64,000 bases of DNA from Eledone cirrhosa (Eukaryota): NCBI GenBank assembly GCA_964016885.1, contig OZ024746.1, forward strand, positions 60,140,001 through 60,204,000. Reading direction: 5' to 3'. Positions 1 to 12,014 of this stretch are shown here, piece after piece. The notes beneath the pieces were generated by a model. The model saw nothing but the letters and a program-made list of their open reading frames with translations, was not told the DNA's origin and ran no database searches. Each line of letters opens with the position of its first letter. Positions within the stretch are counted from its first letter, which is position 1. The position numbers and the translations under genes were made by a program.

Positions 1-596
1 GGTTTACCAATGTTTTAAGAGTGGAATTTGGTGGATGGAAACTGCAGAAGACCATTGTATATGTATATATGTATGTTGATATTTATGTTTGCAATTATGC
101 CTGTGCCTCTGCTTTTATGTCTCACTTTTATAACTTAATGGTTCACCAAAAAAAAGAGATCATTAAAAAAAAATGTACTTGACTTGTGGGTTACCATCAT
201 GGTCACAGCCTAATGACTGAAACCAGTAAAAGAATGCACACACACATATTAAGTCTAATTTTTTAAATAATTTTGAAAATAACCAAGAGTTTGGAGGGAT
301 TTTGTGATATAACTAACATTTTAATTATTAATCTGGTGTTTCTTACATAAAATTATGATGGAAGGATTTTTTTTTAGATAAATATAAGCTCTTTATCATA
401 AAAGTAGGGGTAGTTTCAGGTGGGTTGGTATCAAAAGGATTAAGGAATGTAGTGAGGGAGGGGTGATAGACTTGATTGATGACAGATATATATATATGTG
501 TATATATATATATACAATGTGAATAAAGCCCTTATTGTATAGCAAACCATGTCACTCTTATTTCTTGAACTATATATATATATATGTGTGTGTGTG

Positions 597-627
<31 letters not shown>

Positions 628-3600
628 GTATATGTATATATATATATATGTATGTAAGTAAGTAAAAAATTTTTAAAAAATTTTTTAAAAAAATATTTTC
701 TTATTTTACGTCTTTTATATTATTGTTCTGCACCCTCCTGCATTGAACCACCTAGGTACTATGACATAACCTGTGTATTTGCTGGCATGGACGTGCATCT
801 GTGCGCCTATGTTAGTTGATATATTAAATTATCTCTATATATATATATATGGGGCTGGCATGACACTCCACCACACTAGAACTACACCAAACCACCATCT
901 ATGACATAATGGGTACAGAATTCCAAAATGACATTTAATTAATTTCCTTATCTTTGTGAAACCACAACAAAAACTTAATGTTTAATGTTATTAACAGAAG
1001 GAGGAAGAGGAGGAGGAGGTGATGGTGGTGCTGGTGCTGTTGCTGTTGGTGGTGGTGGTAGTAATAGTGGTAGCAGTTTTTGTTAGGGATTGTGCTTCTG
1101 TTGTTGTTGTTGTTGTTGTTGCTGTTGCTGGTGGTGGTGGTGGTGGTGGTGGTATAATGATGAAAATGAGAGATGTAAAAATTATAATAATAATAGTGGT
1201 GATAGTGATAATAGTGGTAATGATAATGATATTGATAACTCTAATATTTGCTTTTTTATTATATTTATTGATTTAATTTTTTCATGAAAAAGTCCAAAGA
1301 GGAGAGGAGTCACAATACTTAGTCAATTGGACATCGTCAAGTATCAAGTTAGTGATGATGGTCATGGCATGAATGTCATTGCTTTTGATCATAGATTCTC
1401 TAAATCAGGACTAACTTGGAACTAAGTATCAGCAACTACAACGAAGATTGAAAAATGTAGTCTCAGATACTTTATGTATGAATAAAAGACACGATGGTCA
1501 CATTTGATATGCTTTTGATCATAGGTGTCTGGTGGATCAGGCCTGAACTGGGGCTAAATAACAGCAGCTACCTACCTACTTTCTCCCACACATCTGCTCC
1601 ACTACCAGACTTCCATTTCTGTCATCAATTAAGTCTATCACTCCTCCCTCACTACATTCCTTAATCCTTTTGATACCAACCCACCTGAGACTACCCCTAC
1701 TTTTATGATAAAGTGCTTATATTTATCTAAAAATCCTTCCATCATAATTTTATGTAAGAAACACCAGATTAATAATTAAAATGTTAGTTATATCACAAAA
1801 TCCCTCCAAACTGTTGGTTATTTTCAAAATTATTTAAAAATTAGACTTGATATGCGTATTTCATTAGAAATATAATAATGAAAGGGTTATACCGTATATT
1901 GTTAAATATACAATACATACATTTATGTGTATATCGCTATTTCAAAGCACCAATACAAATAAAATGCATGTTTTTCTAAAAACCTTCCACTATAGTTTTT
2001 GGCACTTAGTTAAGTTATGCCACAAACACCAGCTGAATAATGTGTAAGTTAGTTATATTAGTAAATCTCTCCAAATTCTTAATTTTTTTCAAAATGAAAT
2101 GCAAATTATAGACTGAACCTTCCATTAGAAATATGGTAATGAAAGGTTTAATGAAAAACTTACCAAGTCTTAACAAAAGTCCAAAAGAAAATAATGTAAT
2201 AGAGAGTCACATGAAAAAATAGAGATAGATATAGTAGATTATATAGAAAGAAAGAGAGCAAGGTGGTGGAAGCTGGTAGATGTATAGAGAGAGGGAGAGA
2301 AAGAGGAATGAAAGGAGTGATATATAATATAATAATGCTCTTTTATTATTATTTTTTTAAACATTAAACAGAAGGGCACCCAGGAGTCATGACCTGGATG
2401 CTGACGCCTGGGCCCCCTTAGAGTGTAAGAAGTCAAGGGCCGAAACACTTGCGTGAGATGGGTGGGGCGTTCTTTTCTGAACACCTGCTGTCCAGCTCTC
2501 CTGACAGTTTCTTACCACTATTGCCATTGTAATGTGTTGTTGTTCTCTAGCGTTGTTTCTTTTGTATATATATATAGAGAGAGAGAGAGAGAGACAGGGG
2601 GAGGGGAGGGAGACCGTTTCTGCAGAGATAAGAGAGATCAAATTCCAGGAATTCCACTTCAAAACTATAATTACATAACACAGATGTGTATCACATATTT
2701 TACTTCTAATGCATTTTATGTTAAGTTGTGGTAATGTGAGGCTGAGAGAGAAAGAGAGAGAGTAACTTGGTGAATAGAAAAAGAAAGAAACTTAGTGAGT
2801 AAAGAGAGAGAGAATCAGTGAGAGGAGAAAGAGTGAGCGACATAATGAGTAGAGAGAGTGAGACTTAGTGATCAGACAAAGTGCGACTTACTGAGTAAAG
2901 TGACAGAGAGACTTAGTAAGCAGTGAGAAGTTTCACTTACATTAGACATTGATGTGGTAATGAGCACCTGTGTCAAACTATTAGGTGTGACACAATCTTC
3001 TTTCTTTCACTTCCAAAGTTATAAATTGGCAAAATCTGTAAGGTGAATATCCTAACAAAAAGCCAAGAAGTATTTAAGTACTGTATATAGTGGTGGTCCA
3101 TGATAAAATGCACCCAGTACACTCTGTAAAGTGGTAGTGCTAGTGTCATGTTAAAATGCACCCAGTACACTCTGTAAAGTGGTAGTGCTAGTGTCATGTT
3201 AAAATGCAGCCAGTCCACTCTGTAAAGTAGTAGTGCTTGTGCCACGATAATATAATGTGATAGTGTTGGTGTCAAGATAAAATGCACTCAGTACATTTGT
3301 AAAGAGAGTGGTTTTTGAAAGAGCATCCAACTGCAGAAACCATGCCGACATTGTTCCCCGATCTGTCTTAACTTGGACCATAACAATGTGTCTAACCCAT
3401 GCCAGTATGGAAATCAGATGGAAAATGATGATGATGATACTGATAAACTCATGTAGAAATCGCACGGTTTTCCATTTTAAAAAAATAGCATGTGACTTAT
3501 CTACAGGACCTATAAAACCTTAATTCAAAATATATGACATATTGTAAATGTTATATGGGAAATGGGAGTATATATATATATGCTTCTGTATGACATGTTG

Positions 3601-4584
3601 GAGTTGTAAATATATATATATATATATTTATACATATAGAAATGACTTTTACAGGACAAGAACTGTTTCATTAGTAATTATATATATTTAATGTATCAGC
3701 ATCACCATTTTTACTTCCACTTTTCCATGCTTGCATGGGGTGGACAGGTCCTTTTCAGTGCAGTATCTCTCCACTCGTCGCTTTCCTCTGTGAGTTTCAG
3801 TGATTTGAGATCAGCTGTCACCACATTCGCTCAAATTTTCCATGGTCTACCTCTACTACGGCTTCCTTCTACTGAATATATATATCTATATACACACACA
3901 CATGTATAAATGAATTTCCACCTAGAAAGTTTCCCTCCAAGGCATGGTGTTTTTGTAGAAGACCAGCAGTCCCCTCTCCAAACCGCTAATGTTGTCGGAG
4001 GGAAAGACAAAGGCCAATGAAGCTTGGCACCAGTAACATCGCAACTTATTGCTACAACTGAGTGAACTGGAGCAACTTGCAATAAAGTGTCTTGCTCAAG
4101 GACACAACACATCACCTGGTCTAGGAATCAAACTCACAACCTCGCAATTGTGCATCTTACTCTCTAACCACTAAGCCTTCACTATATATAGCAGCCAATC
4201 CCGTTGTCATTGAATAACCATGCCCAGTGGAAATACTCACCAACCACAAACAGACATGAATAACCACTGATTTCTGTTACAAACCTTTCCTTTTGTATAT
4301 ATGCATGCTTATTCCTTTTCATTTTTATATCTGCTCCCTCTCCTATTGATATGTCTAGTCCTGTTATATAGTCCTGAATTCCATCCAAGTTGTTATTCTG
4401 TTTTGATAATTTGATATGTGAAGATAAATTTTACCATAATTGAATCCAAGTTTTCCCAATATAATATCTAGATTTCTAGATGCAATAGCTCTCACATATT
4501 AATCAAACACATGTAAATGTTATGAAATAAATCCCCTTGTATAGTGAACGGTGTATTTGTGTAAATCTTTATCTTATTATAGTC

Positions 4585-5618
4585 CTCCAAGCCATAACAG
4601 AGGAGTTTAAGACTGGATGCCCATGGGAACTTCTCTATGCTGATGATCTGGTTCTTATAGCAGAATCAGTAGAGGATCTAGAGAATAAATTTTGGCTATG
4701 GAAACAGTAGTTGGAATCAAGAGGTCTGAGAGTGAACATAGCTAAGACAAAAGTGTTGATAAGTAGAAGAGAGGACAATACCATGTGAAATGACCATGTT
4801 CAATATGTAGGAAAAGAAATGGCCTAAATTCCATAAAATGTACGCAATGCAGATCTTGGGTACACAAGAGATGTAGTAGGATAGCAGGCAAACTAACAGG
4901 TAGGGAAAACTATGTATGCAGTAGATGTACAGGGAAAGTTGGCAGTAGTAATCGCAGTGATAGACACATTTTTTCCAATGCAGGTAGGTTCTATAGAAGT
5001 GGTTGATAGCTTGCAGTACCTAGGTGATCAGATTAGCATGGGAGGGGGGTATTCCGAGGCCATAGTATCTAGAATAAGGACGGGTTAGAAGAAGTTTAGG
5101 GAGCTGCTTCCTCTGTTGATAAAGAAGGGTTTCTCCCTGTGTACGAAAGGACGGTTATATGATGCCTGTGTGAGATGCGCGATGCTGCATGGTAGTGAGA
5201 CATGGGCAGCAACTGCAGAAGATATGCGACGGCTGGACAGAAATGAAGCAAATATGCTCCGTTGGATGTGCAATGTCAATGTGCGTGAACGACCAAGCAT
5301 AGACGAGTTGAGAAAGAAACTGGGTATAAGAGGCATAAGTTGTTGTGTGCAGCAGAGAAGGCTGAGATGGTATGGACATGTGATGTACATGGAGGATGAC
5401 CGCTGGGTAAAGAAGTGCCAAGAAATCCCAGTAGAAGGAAGACGCAGTAGAGGTAGACCATGAAAAACATGGATGGAGGTGGTGAGAGCAGACCTCAGAT
5501 CGCTGAAACTCACCGAGGAGATGACGAAGGACAGTAACAAGTGGAGAGATGCTGTGCTGAATAGGACCCGTCCAACCCTTGCAAGCAGGGAAAAGCGGAC
5601 ATAAAATGATGATGATGA
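4585..5618 (+). mobile_element. RTE-clade LINE 3' fragment
   Basis: LQAITEEFKTGCPWELLYADDLVL (RT), a Cys-rich insert, then KGRLYDACVR..MLHGSETW...RRLRWYGHV...GRRSRGRP, ending in a (GAT)n tail. Confidence 0.9.
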
Positions 5619-5647
5619 TATATATATATACACATACACTCTATATA

Positions 5648-5678
<31 letters not shown>

Positions 5679-6332
5679 GTAAATATCTTTAAGTCGTTTG
5701 GAAGCCTCGACAATGCAAATGGGTAAATCTCCGGGTAACAAGGTCCGGTGGTGGAGAGAGAGATGTAAGTGGGTGTACGTTGAGATGCGTGGTGTGTATA
5801 AGATGTGTGAGATGTGTAGAATGAAGGGAAGAGTATAAAGGATAAAATAAAAATAACAACACAAGAGAGAGTTACCTTGGGAGAGATTTAATAGTCCCTA
5901 TATATTTCGGATTCACATCCATCAACTGGGGTTTTTTTTTCCGGGGTGGGGGAAAAGGTTGTCTGTCGGACAAGTGCGGAACGCGTCCTTCGCTGTTTGT
6001 TGTTTTGAATATCTGAGGTATTCGGCAGAGCGCGCGTGCGCGTGAAATGGGGTCGGTCGTACAGAGGTCAGCGGCCGAATGAGGGAGTGGGATGGCGCTA
6101 GCTGTCAGTCCATTCTCTGCGTGTTTGTTAAATGTTACTGTGTGTGTGTGTGCATGTGTTGTTGTCTCGCTTGTGTGTGTGTGTGCGTGTGTTGTTGCCT
6201 TGTTCCTCTGTATTGGCAGTGTAGTATGTTCGTATGGTGGAATGCTACTGTGTGTGTGTGCGTGTGTGTAGTTGTCTCGTTTGCGTGTGTGTGTGTGTGC
6301 ATGTGTTGTGTGTTGTTGCATCGCTTGTTAAC

Positions 6333-7295
6333 TTAAACCAGCCATCTCATTTCGCTTCTCTCTGATCGGCTGTTTATTTGCGGTTGCAGTCGTTTGATAA
6401 AAAGCGCTTCCTTGATACGTAACGTGCCGACGTTTCTTTCAGTCGCTAGAATTGTGACAATGGGCCTTCCGTTTTTGTTTCCGCATTTGTCTATGTGTTT
6501 CGGAAAGACGAGGCCCTGGTTTTAGTGTGTTCCTTGATCCGGATGTGCAAAGGTCGAATTGTGCTACCTATGTAGTATTGGTTGCACCTGTCACATTCTA
6601 TCTTATACACGACGTATGTGCATAGGCAACAGTTCGCATGGCGTATCGGGCAGTCTCTGAGGGAGCATGCGTTAGTAGATTTTTCGGGTTTCCTGGAGAG
6701 GCATCTTCGCAGAGAGGGGCCCGAGTGGGCCAGGTGGATGTCGAAGCCCTCCCTCTGTATAGCCTTGCATAGTGTTGGTAGTTTTCTCGCCCAGGTGTGG
6801 AATTTTAAGGAAGCACTTGCCTTGGGTGCTTCTCTGTCTCTTGCGTCTGGTGTCTCCTATTCTGTCTGTGATCGAGGTAGTGTACCCATTTGTCTCCAGC
6901 ACCTCGAGGAATCGCTTGGTATGAGTGACACCACTCGCGGGATTGCTGCATCTGTTTTTGATTCGCGCGATCTCGTTCGTGATGTATCCTCTTTTGGCAC
7001 TGTTAGGGAGGGCGGACTTGTAGTGAACGAATAGGTCCCTGCAGGCTGCCTTTCGGTAGAAGTTGCAGTGGATCCTTCCCTGTTCCGTGATGTTGATTCA
7101 GAAGTCGAGGAGAGCAAGTGACCCGTCTTCGTTGGGGTGTTCAACACTGAAGTCAATGTTCTCGTCCGTGTTGTTGAACGTCTCATAGATTCTGTTCGCC
7201 GTGTCTTGGGAAGATGTGAGGATGAGGATATCGTCCACGTACCTTGAGAAAAAGGGTACGGCGTTGGGGTGGCAGGCGTTGAGTGCCTTGCGTTC
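6333..7295 (-). pseudogene. Penelope-like RT C-terminal part, thumb and GIY-YIG endonuclease (disrupted)
   Basis: Reads FLERKALNACHPNAVPFFSRYVDDILIL...EHPNEDGSLALLDF*INITEQGRIHCNFYRKAACRDLFVHYKSALP...RCS...LETNGY...FLKIPHLGEKTT. Has the YVDD catalytic motif, an in-frame TGA at 7098-7100 and frameshifts near 6765 and 6500 relative to the plus arm. Confidence 0.9.
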
Positions 7296-7754
7296 GAGAA
7301 AACCACCAACGCTATCCGCAAGGCTATACGGAGGGAGGGCCTCGACATCCACCTGGCCCACTCGGGCCCTTCCCTGCGAAGATGCCTCTCCAGGAAACCT
7401 GAAAAATCTACTGACGCATGCTCCCTCAGAGACTGCCCGATACGCCATGGGAACTCTTGCCTACGCACATACGTCATGTATAAGATAGAATGTGACAGGT
7501 GCAACCAATACTACATAGGTAGCACAATTCGACCTTTGCACATCCGGATCAAAGAACACACTAAAACCAGAGCCTCGTCTTTCCGGAAACACATAGACAA
7601 ATGCAGAAACAAAAACGGAAGGCCCATTGTCACAATTCTAGCGACTGAAAGAAACGTCGGCACGTTACGTATCAAGGAAGCGCTTTTTATCAAACGACTG
7701 CAACCGCAAATAAACAGCCGATCAGAGAGAAGCGAAATGAGATGGCTGGTTTAA
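7296..7754 (+). pseudogene. Penelope-like GIY-YIG endonuclease domain (open but 5'-truncated)
   Basis: VMYKIECDRCNQYYIGSTIRPLHIRIKEH...FRKH...LRIKEALFIKRLQPQINSRSE: GIY-YIG with CCHH-type residues, preceded by a Cys linker (CSLRDCPIRHGNSC). No true start codon; the frame begins at the inversion junction. Confidence 0.92.
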
Positions 7755-8097
7755 GTTAACAAGCGATGCAACAACACACAACACACGCACACACACACAC
7801 ACGCAAACGAGACAACTACACACACACACGCACACACACACACACACACTCAAGCAAGACAACAACACACGCACACACACACACACACAGTAACATTTAA
7901 CAAACAGGCAGAGAATGGACTGACAGCTAGCGCCATCCCACTCCCTCATTCGGCCGCTGACCTCTGAACGACCGACCCCATTTCACGCGCACGCGCGCTC
8001 TGCCGAATACCTCAGATATTCAAAACAACAAACAGCGAAGGACGTGTTCCGCACTTGTCCGACAGACAACCTTTTCCCCCACCCCGGAAAAAAGAAA

Positions 8098-8133
8098 CCC
8101 CAGTTGATGGATGTGAATCCGAAATATATAGGG
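8098..8133 (+). ncRNA. Hammerhead-like motif with non-canonical core in the PLE 3' UTR (mirror copy 5896-5931, minus)
   Basis: CCC-CAGTTGA-T-GGAT-gtga-ATCC-GAAA-TATATA-GGG: helix I, helix II, GAAA and palindromic helix III are all in place, but the core is CAGUUGA instead of CUGANGA. Confidence 0.55.
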
Positions 8134-8833
8134 ACTATTAAATCTCTCCAAGGTAACTCTCTCTTGTGTTGTTATTTTTATTTTATCCTTTATACTCTTC
8201 CCTTCATTCTACACATCTCACACATCTTATACACACCACGCATCTCAACGTACACCCACTTACATCTATCTCTCTACCACCTGACCTTGTTACCCGGAGA
8301 TTTACCCATTTGCATTGTCGAGGCTTCCAAACGACTTAAAGATATTTACTTATTGTTCCACAATGCTTCAAGCAAACTTCAATACTCTCTTATATATATA
8401 TATGTCCCATGATGTGGTTGTGTTGGTGACATAACAAAAAGTACCCAATTCACTCTGTAAAGTAATTGTGTTGGTGACATGAAAAAAGCACACAGTCCTC
8501 TCTGTAAAGTGGTCATTTTGGTGCCACAATAAAATCTATGCTAGCATGGAAAAAATGGACGTTATACAGTGATGATGATGATATGTATACACATTAATAT
8601 TCTCAGTTAAGGTAGCATTTGTAATCTTATTAGAACTCAATGTAGTGTTGATATGAATATCCCACTGAAACAAACAGAATTTGTTTTTGTGGAAAAGTAT
8701 ACTTATATGTTGTTGAACATATATATATATGTGTGAGTGTGTATATGTAAGAAAAGTCAACAAAGAAAAATAACAGAGGTTAACAATACAATGTTAGTAT
8801 ATTAGTTTAATGCTTGATATAGTTGGTAAAGAA

Positions 8834-8869
8834 TCTTAACGTTTGAGACGCTAGTCTTTCATCGGAAGA
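8834..8869 (-). ncRNA. Decayed hammerhead motif (related family; further decayed copy at 21121-21156)
   Basis: Minus strand: TCTT-CCGATGA-A-AGAC-tagc-GTCT-CAAA-CGTT-AAGA; two core substitutions. Confidence 0.55.
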
Positions 8870-10196
8870 TAGAATGAGAGAAGAAAGGATGTTTAGGAGA
8901 ATGAAAAGAAAAATAAAGATAGACAATAGTAAGAAAAGAAAGAAAACAGGTAAAATGTAGATAGAAGAGAAAGCATGTGTTCTTGTTAGTCAGCCATCTT
9001 GCTTTTTCTAAGAAAATGTGACATGTATAACCAGTGAAAAACCAGCATGTGACTGACTTTACTGGACATACAAAACCTCAATACTATATGGTACATGGCA
9101 AATGTTTTATGTAAAATGAGCATGTGATGTATACACAAGTATATACTGTACGTCTCTTTATGTTCTGAGTTCAAATTCCACTGAAGTCAACTTTGCTCTT
9201 CATCCATTCAGAATTAATAAACTAAACTACCAGTCAAGTACTGGGTTGATTTAATCGACTTCCACTCACCCCAAATTTGCTGGCCTTGTGTATAATTTAT
9301 AAACCATTAATTTATTTATTATGATTGTTATTATGAAGATGATGATAATGGTGGTGATGGCAGTGGTGGTGATGATGTAGTGGATGATGATAATAATTAT
9401 TAGATGGTGATGAAAGTGGAAGAAAAAATGGAGCAAGTAAGTAAAAAAAAAATAGCAAAAAGAAAAAAATTAAATCTATCTTTTAACAAAATAAAGCTTG
9501 ACAAACTCGAAAATGAATCTGTCAGTACACTAGTGCATATCATTTATATCATTATTATTATTATTATTATCACTATCATCACTATCATTATCATTTCCAT
9601 CATCATCATCATTGTTTTTTATGCTTAATGTCTTCTGTTTTTTTTCTTTATTTTTCTCATTAGAAGAAATCTATGCTCCCCCCAACTCTCCTTTCCTACC
9701 ACGACTATCTCCCTACTTTCACCTACTATTCCCCCCCCCCCTCTGATACCCTTTCTCACTTTCTCTTTAGACAAAAAATAGCTGACAATTTCAAGAATTC
9801 AAAGAATGGAAAAATACAAATATAGAAATAAATAACTAATCCTCTTCCCCACTGCCACCCCCTTGTCTTCACTCTTTATATCTCCCCTTTTTCTCCCTAT
9901 TTTGCTCAACTTCTATCCCATCTCACCTCTATTTCTCTCCACCTCTATCTCCTCCCAAGTTATCTCTCTCTCTCTCACCTCTTATTTTCCATGAAACAAA
10001 GCAAATATCTTACCAAAACATTAAGTGCAACTCAGTGCAGCTATTACAACATGCTGATGTTACTGTTGTTATATACAGATGTTGCATACATCTATGTATA
10101 GATGATCACCTATCTACAGATACACACATCTACCTACAGATACACATATCTATGTACAGATGCACACTGTACAAATGATATACACACACTATAGAA

Positions 10197-10254
<58 letters not shown>

Positions 10255-10293
10255 AGATGCACACTGTACAAATGATATACACACACTATAGAA

Positions 10294-10325
<32 letters not shown>

Positions 10326-10421
10326 ATGTGTGTATCTATGTTATGTATGTATATGTGTGTGTGTACAGATGCAAAGACAACTACATACAGATACACACTG
10401 TAGAGATGATACACACAGTAG

Positions 10422-10474
<53 letters not shown>

Positions 10475-10560
10475 TGTATATATACATCACTTTCCATGGA
10501 TAACTTGAACCGTTAAGGTAAATCATCCTTGGTCATGTCAAATATTTATAAAACTTTTTG

Positions 10561-10620
10561 TATTTTATCTGATGATAGCGTACCAAAATTTTGGTACCCT
10601 TGAAATATATATATAATTGA
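10561..10620 (+). ncRNA. Type I hammerhead ribozyme in a related PLE 3' end fragment (~10500-10664)
   Basis: TATTTTAT-CTGATGA-tagcGTACCaaaattttGGTACcctt-GAAA-TATATA; flanks homologous to 11825-11990 but with a different helix II sequence. Confidence 0.75.
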
Positions 10621-10986
10621 ATAAATATGGTTTTATAAATATAGTTTCCATTTAATATCATTGTATATATATCTATATATATATATATATATATATATCT
10701 ATACAGATGCATACATCTAACGGTAACAAAGACATTAACAGAAGATAGAGAGAGAAAATTGTAAACTAGATACTATGACAACATCGCTCAGTACAACCAC
10801 CACTAATGACAACAGCATCACTCATTACAACAATAACAACAATCATTACTCACTACAGCCACTACAACTCCCAACAATACCACCAGCATCACTCGCTACC
10901 ACCAATACCTCTACCACCAATTCCCCACCACAACCACAACCAATAACCCCAACACTACCACCACATTCACACACATATATGTATGA

Positions 10987-11062
<76 letters not shown>

Positions 11063-11064
<2 letters not shown>

Positions 11065-11273
11065 CGAAGGAAGTGTGGTAAGGAACCAGGTGGACCATAA
11101 CGTACCAGAGTCTTCAATACTTAGGGTAGTAGAGTGGGTAATAGGAAAATGTTCAAGACCCCGACGGCAGAGCTCAAGCCGTTTCGACGGCTATTTCTGG
11201 ACTAAATTAGTCTAATTTAGTCCAGAAATAGCCGTCGAAATGGCTTGAGCTCTGCCGTCGGGGTCTTGAACAT

Positions 11274-11277
<4 letters not shown>
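11063..11277. mobile_element. Hairpin insertion, family H1 (probable PLE 3' end fold-back)
   Basis: 66-bp arms 11145-11210 / 11212-11277, ~80 nt unpaired tail on the left, (TA)n on both sides. Confidence 0.8.
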
Positions 11278-11334
<57 letters not shown>

Positions 11335-11480
11335 GTACATATATATATATATATATATATAATATGTACATACATCACATACTCATACAAAACACACAAA
11401 CATCTTCCTTCCCTGCCACATTACAATTAGGTGTGGTTTCCATTATGTAACTTCTTTATATGTGTGTGTGTCTGTATAAA

Positions 11481-11546
<66 letters not shown>

Positions 11547-11679
11547 CAGAGGTTATATTTAATTTGTTGGGATTCAACAAGCTTAAACATTTTTATAACT
11601 GATATAAAGCACTCAACAAATTAGTGGAGTAAATACACAATATAGTAATAAATGGAAACTATATTTATAAAACCATATT

Positions 11680-11745
11680 TATTTTATTATATATATTTCA
11701 AGCGCAACCAAGGCAAATTATGGTGCGCTTTCATCAGATAAAATA
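11680..11745 (-). ncRNA. Type I hammerhead ribozyme
   Basis: Minus strand: TATTTTAT-CTGATGA-AAGCGCACCA...TGGTTGCGCTT-GAAA-TATATA-TA-ATAAAATA. 8-bp helix I, canonical core, palindromic helix III. Confidence 0.85.
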
Positions 11746-11882
11746 CAGATTTGTTTTATAAATAAATATTGACATACCCGGAAAAAAAGACAACCTTAAC
11801 GGTTGGAGGTTCCAGGAAGCTCCAACCGTTAAGGTTGTCTTTTTTTCCGGGTATGTCAATATTTATTTATAAAACAAATCTG

Positions 11883-11948
11883 TATTTTATCTGATGAAAG
11901 CACACCATAATTTGCCTTGGTTGCCCTTGAAATATATATAATAAAATA
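11883..11948 (+). ncRNA. Type I hammerhead ribozyme (mirror copy, helix II partly decayed)
   Basis: TATTTTAT-CTGATGA-aagcacacca...tggttgccctt-GAAA-TATATATA-ATAAAATA. Confidence 0.8.
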
Positions 11949-12014
11949 AATATGGTTTTATAAATATAGTTTCCATTTATTAATATATTGTATATATATA
12001 CATATATATATATA

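Larger units (their letters stand above)
5679..8391. mobile_element. Penelope-like retroelement (C-terminal GIY-YIG type), 5'-truncated, inverted (3' ends outward) insertion in a (TA)n tract
   Basis: 5679-~6789 is the reverse complement of ~7295-8349. The minus arm continues into RT sequence (to ~7295). The plus arm has an extra ~40 nt tail (8350-8391). Both outer ends abut (TA)n. RT and GIY-YIG motifs are present. Confidence 0.93.
11545..11990. mobile_element. Hairpin insertion, family H2, with a hammerhead in each arm
   Basis: ~170-bp arms ~11638-11808 / ~11820-11990, ~90 nt tail, embedded in (TA)n. Confidence 0.85.

Noticed and set aside
2400-2462. Hammerhead-like ctgacg...ggcc-GAAA-cac-ttgc-gtg
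   Set aside because: The core is CUGACGC, there is no UH site and no helix I pairing.
2941-2967. Possible minus-strand micro-exon (cag...gtaagt) as exon 2 of the 34540 gene
   Set aside because: Gives a stop codon in phase 1 and has a weak polypyrimidine tract.
6582-7504. ORFs 6582-7034 (+) and 6857-7504 (-)
   Set aside because: Antisense or off-frame shadows of the PLE RT/EN region.
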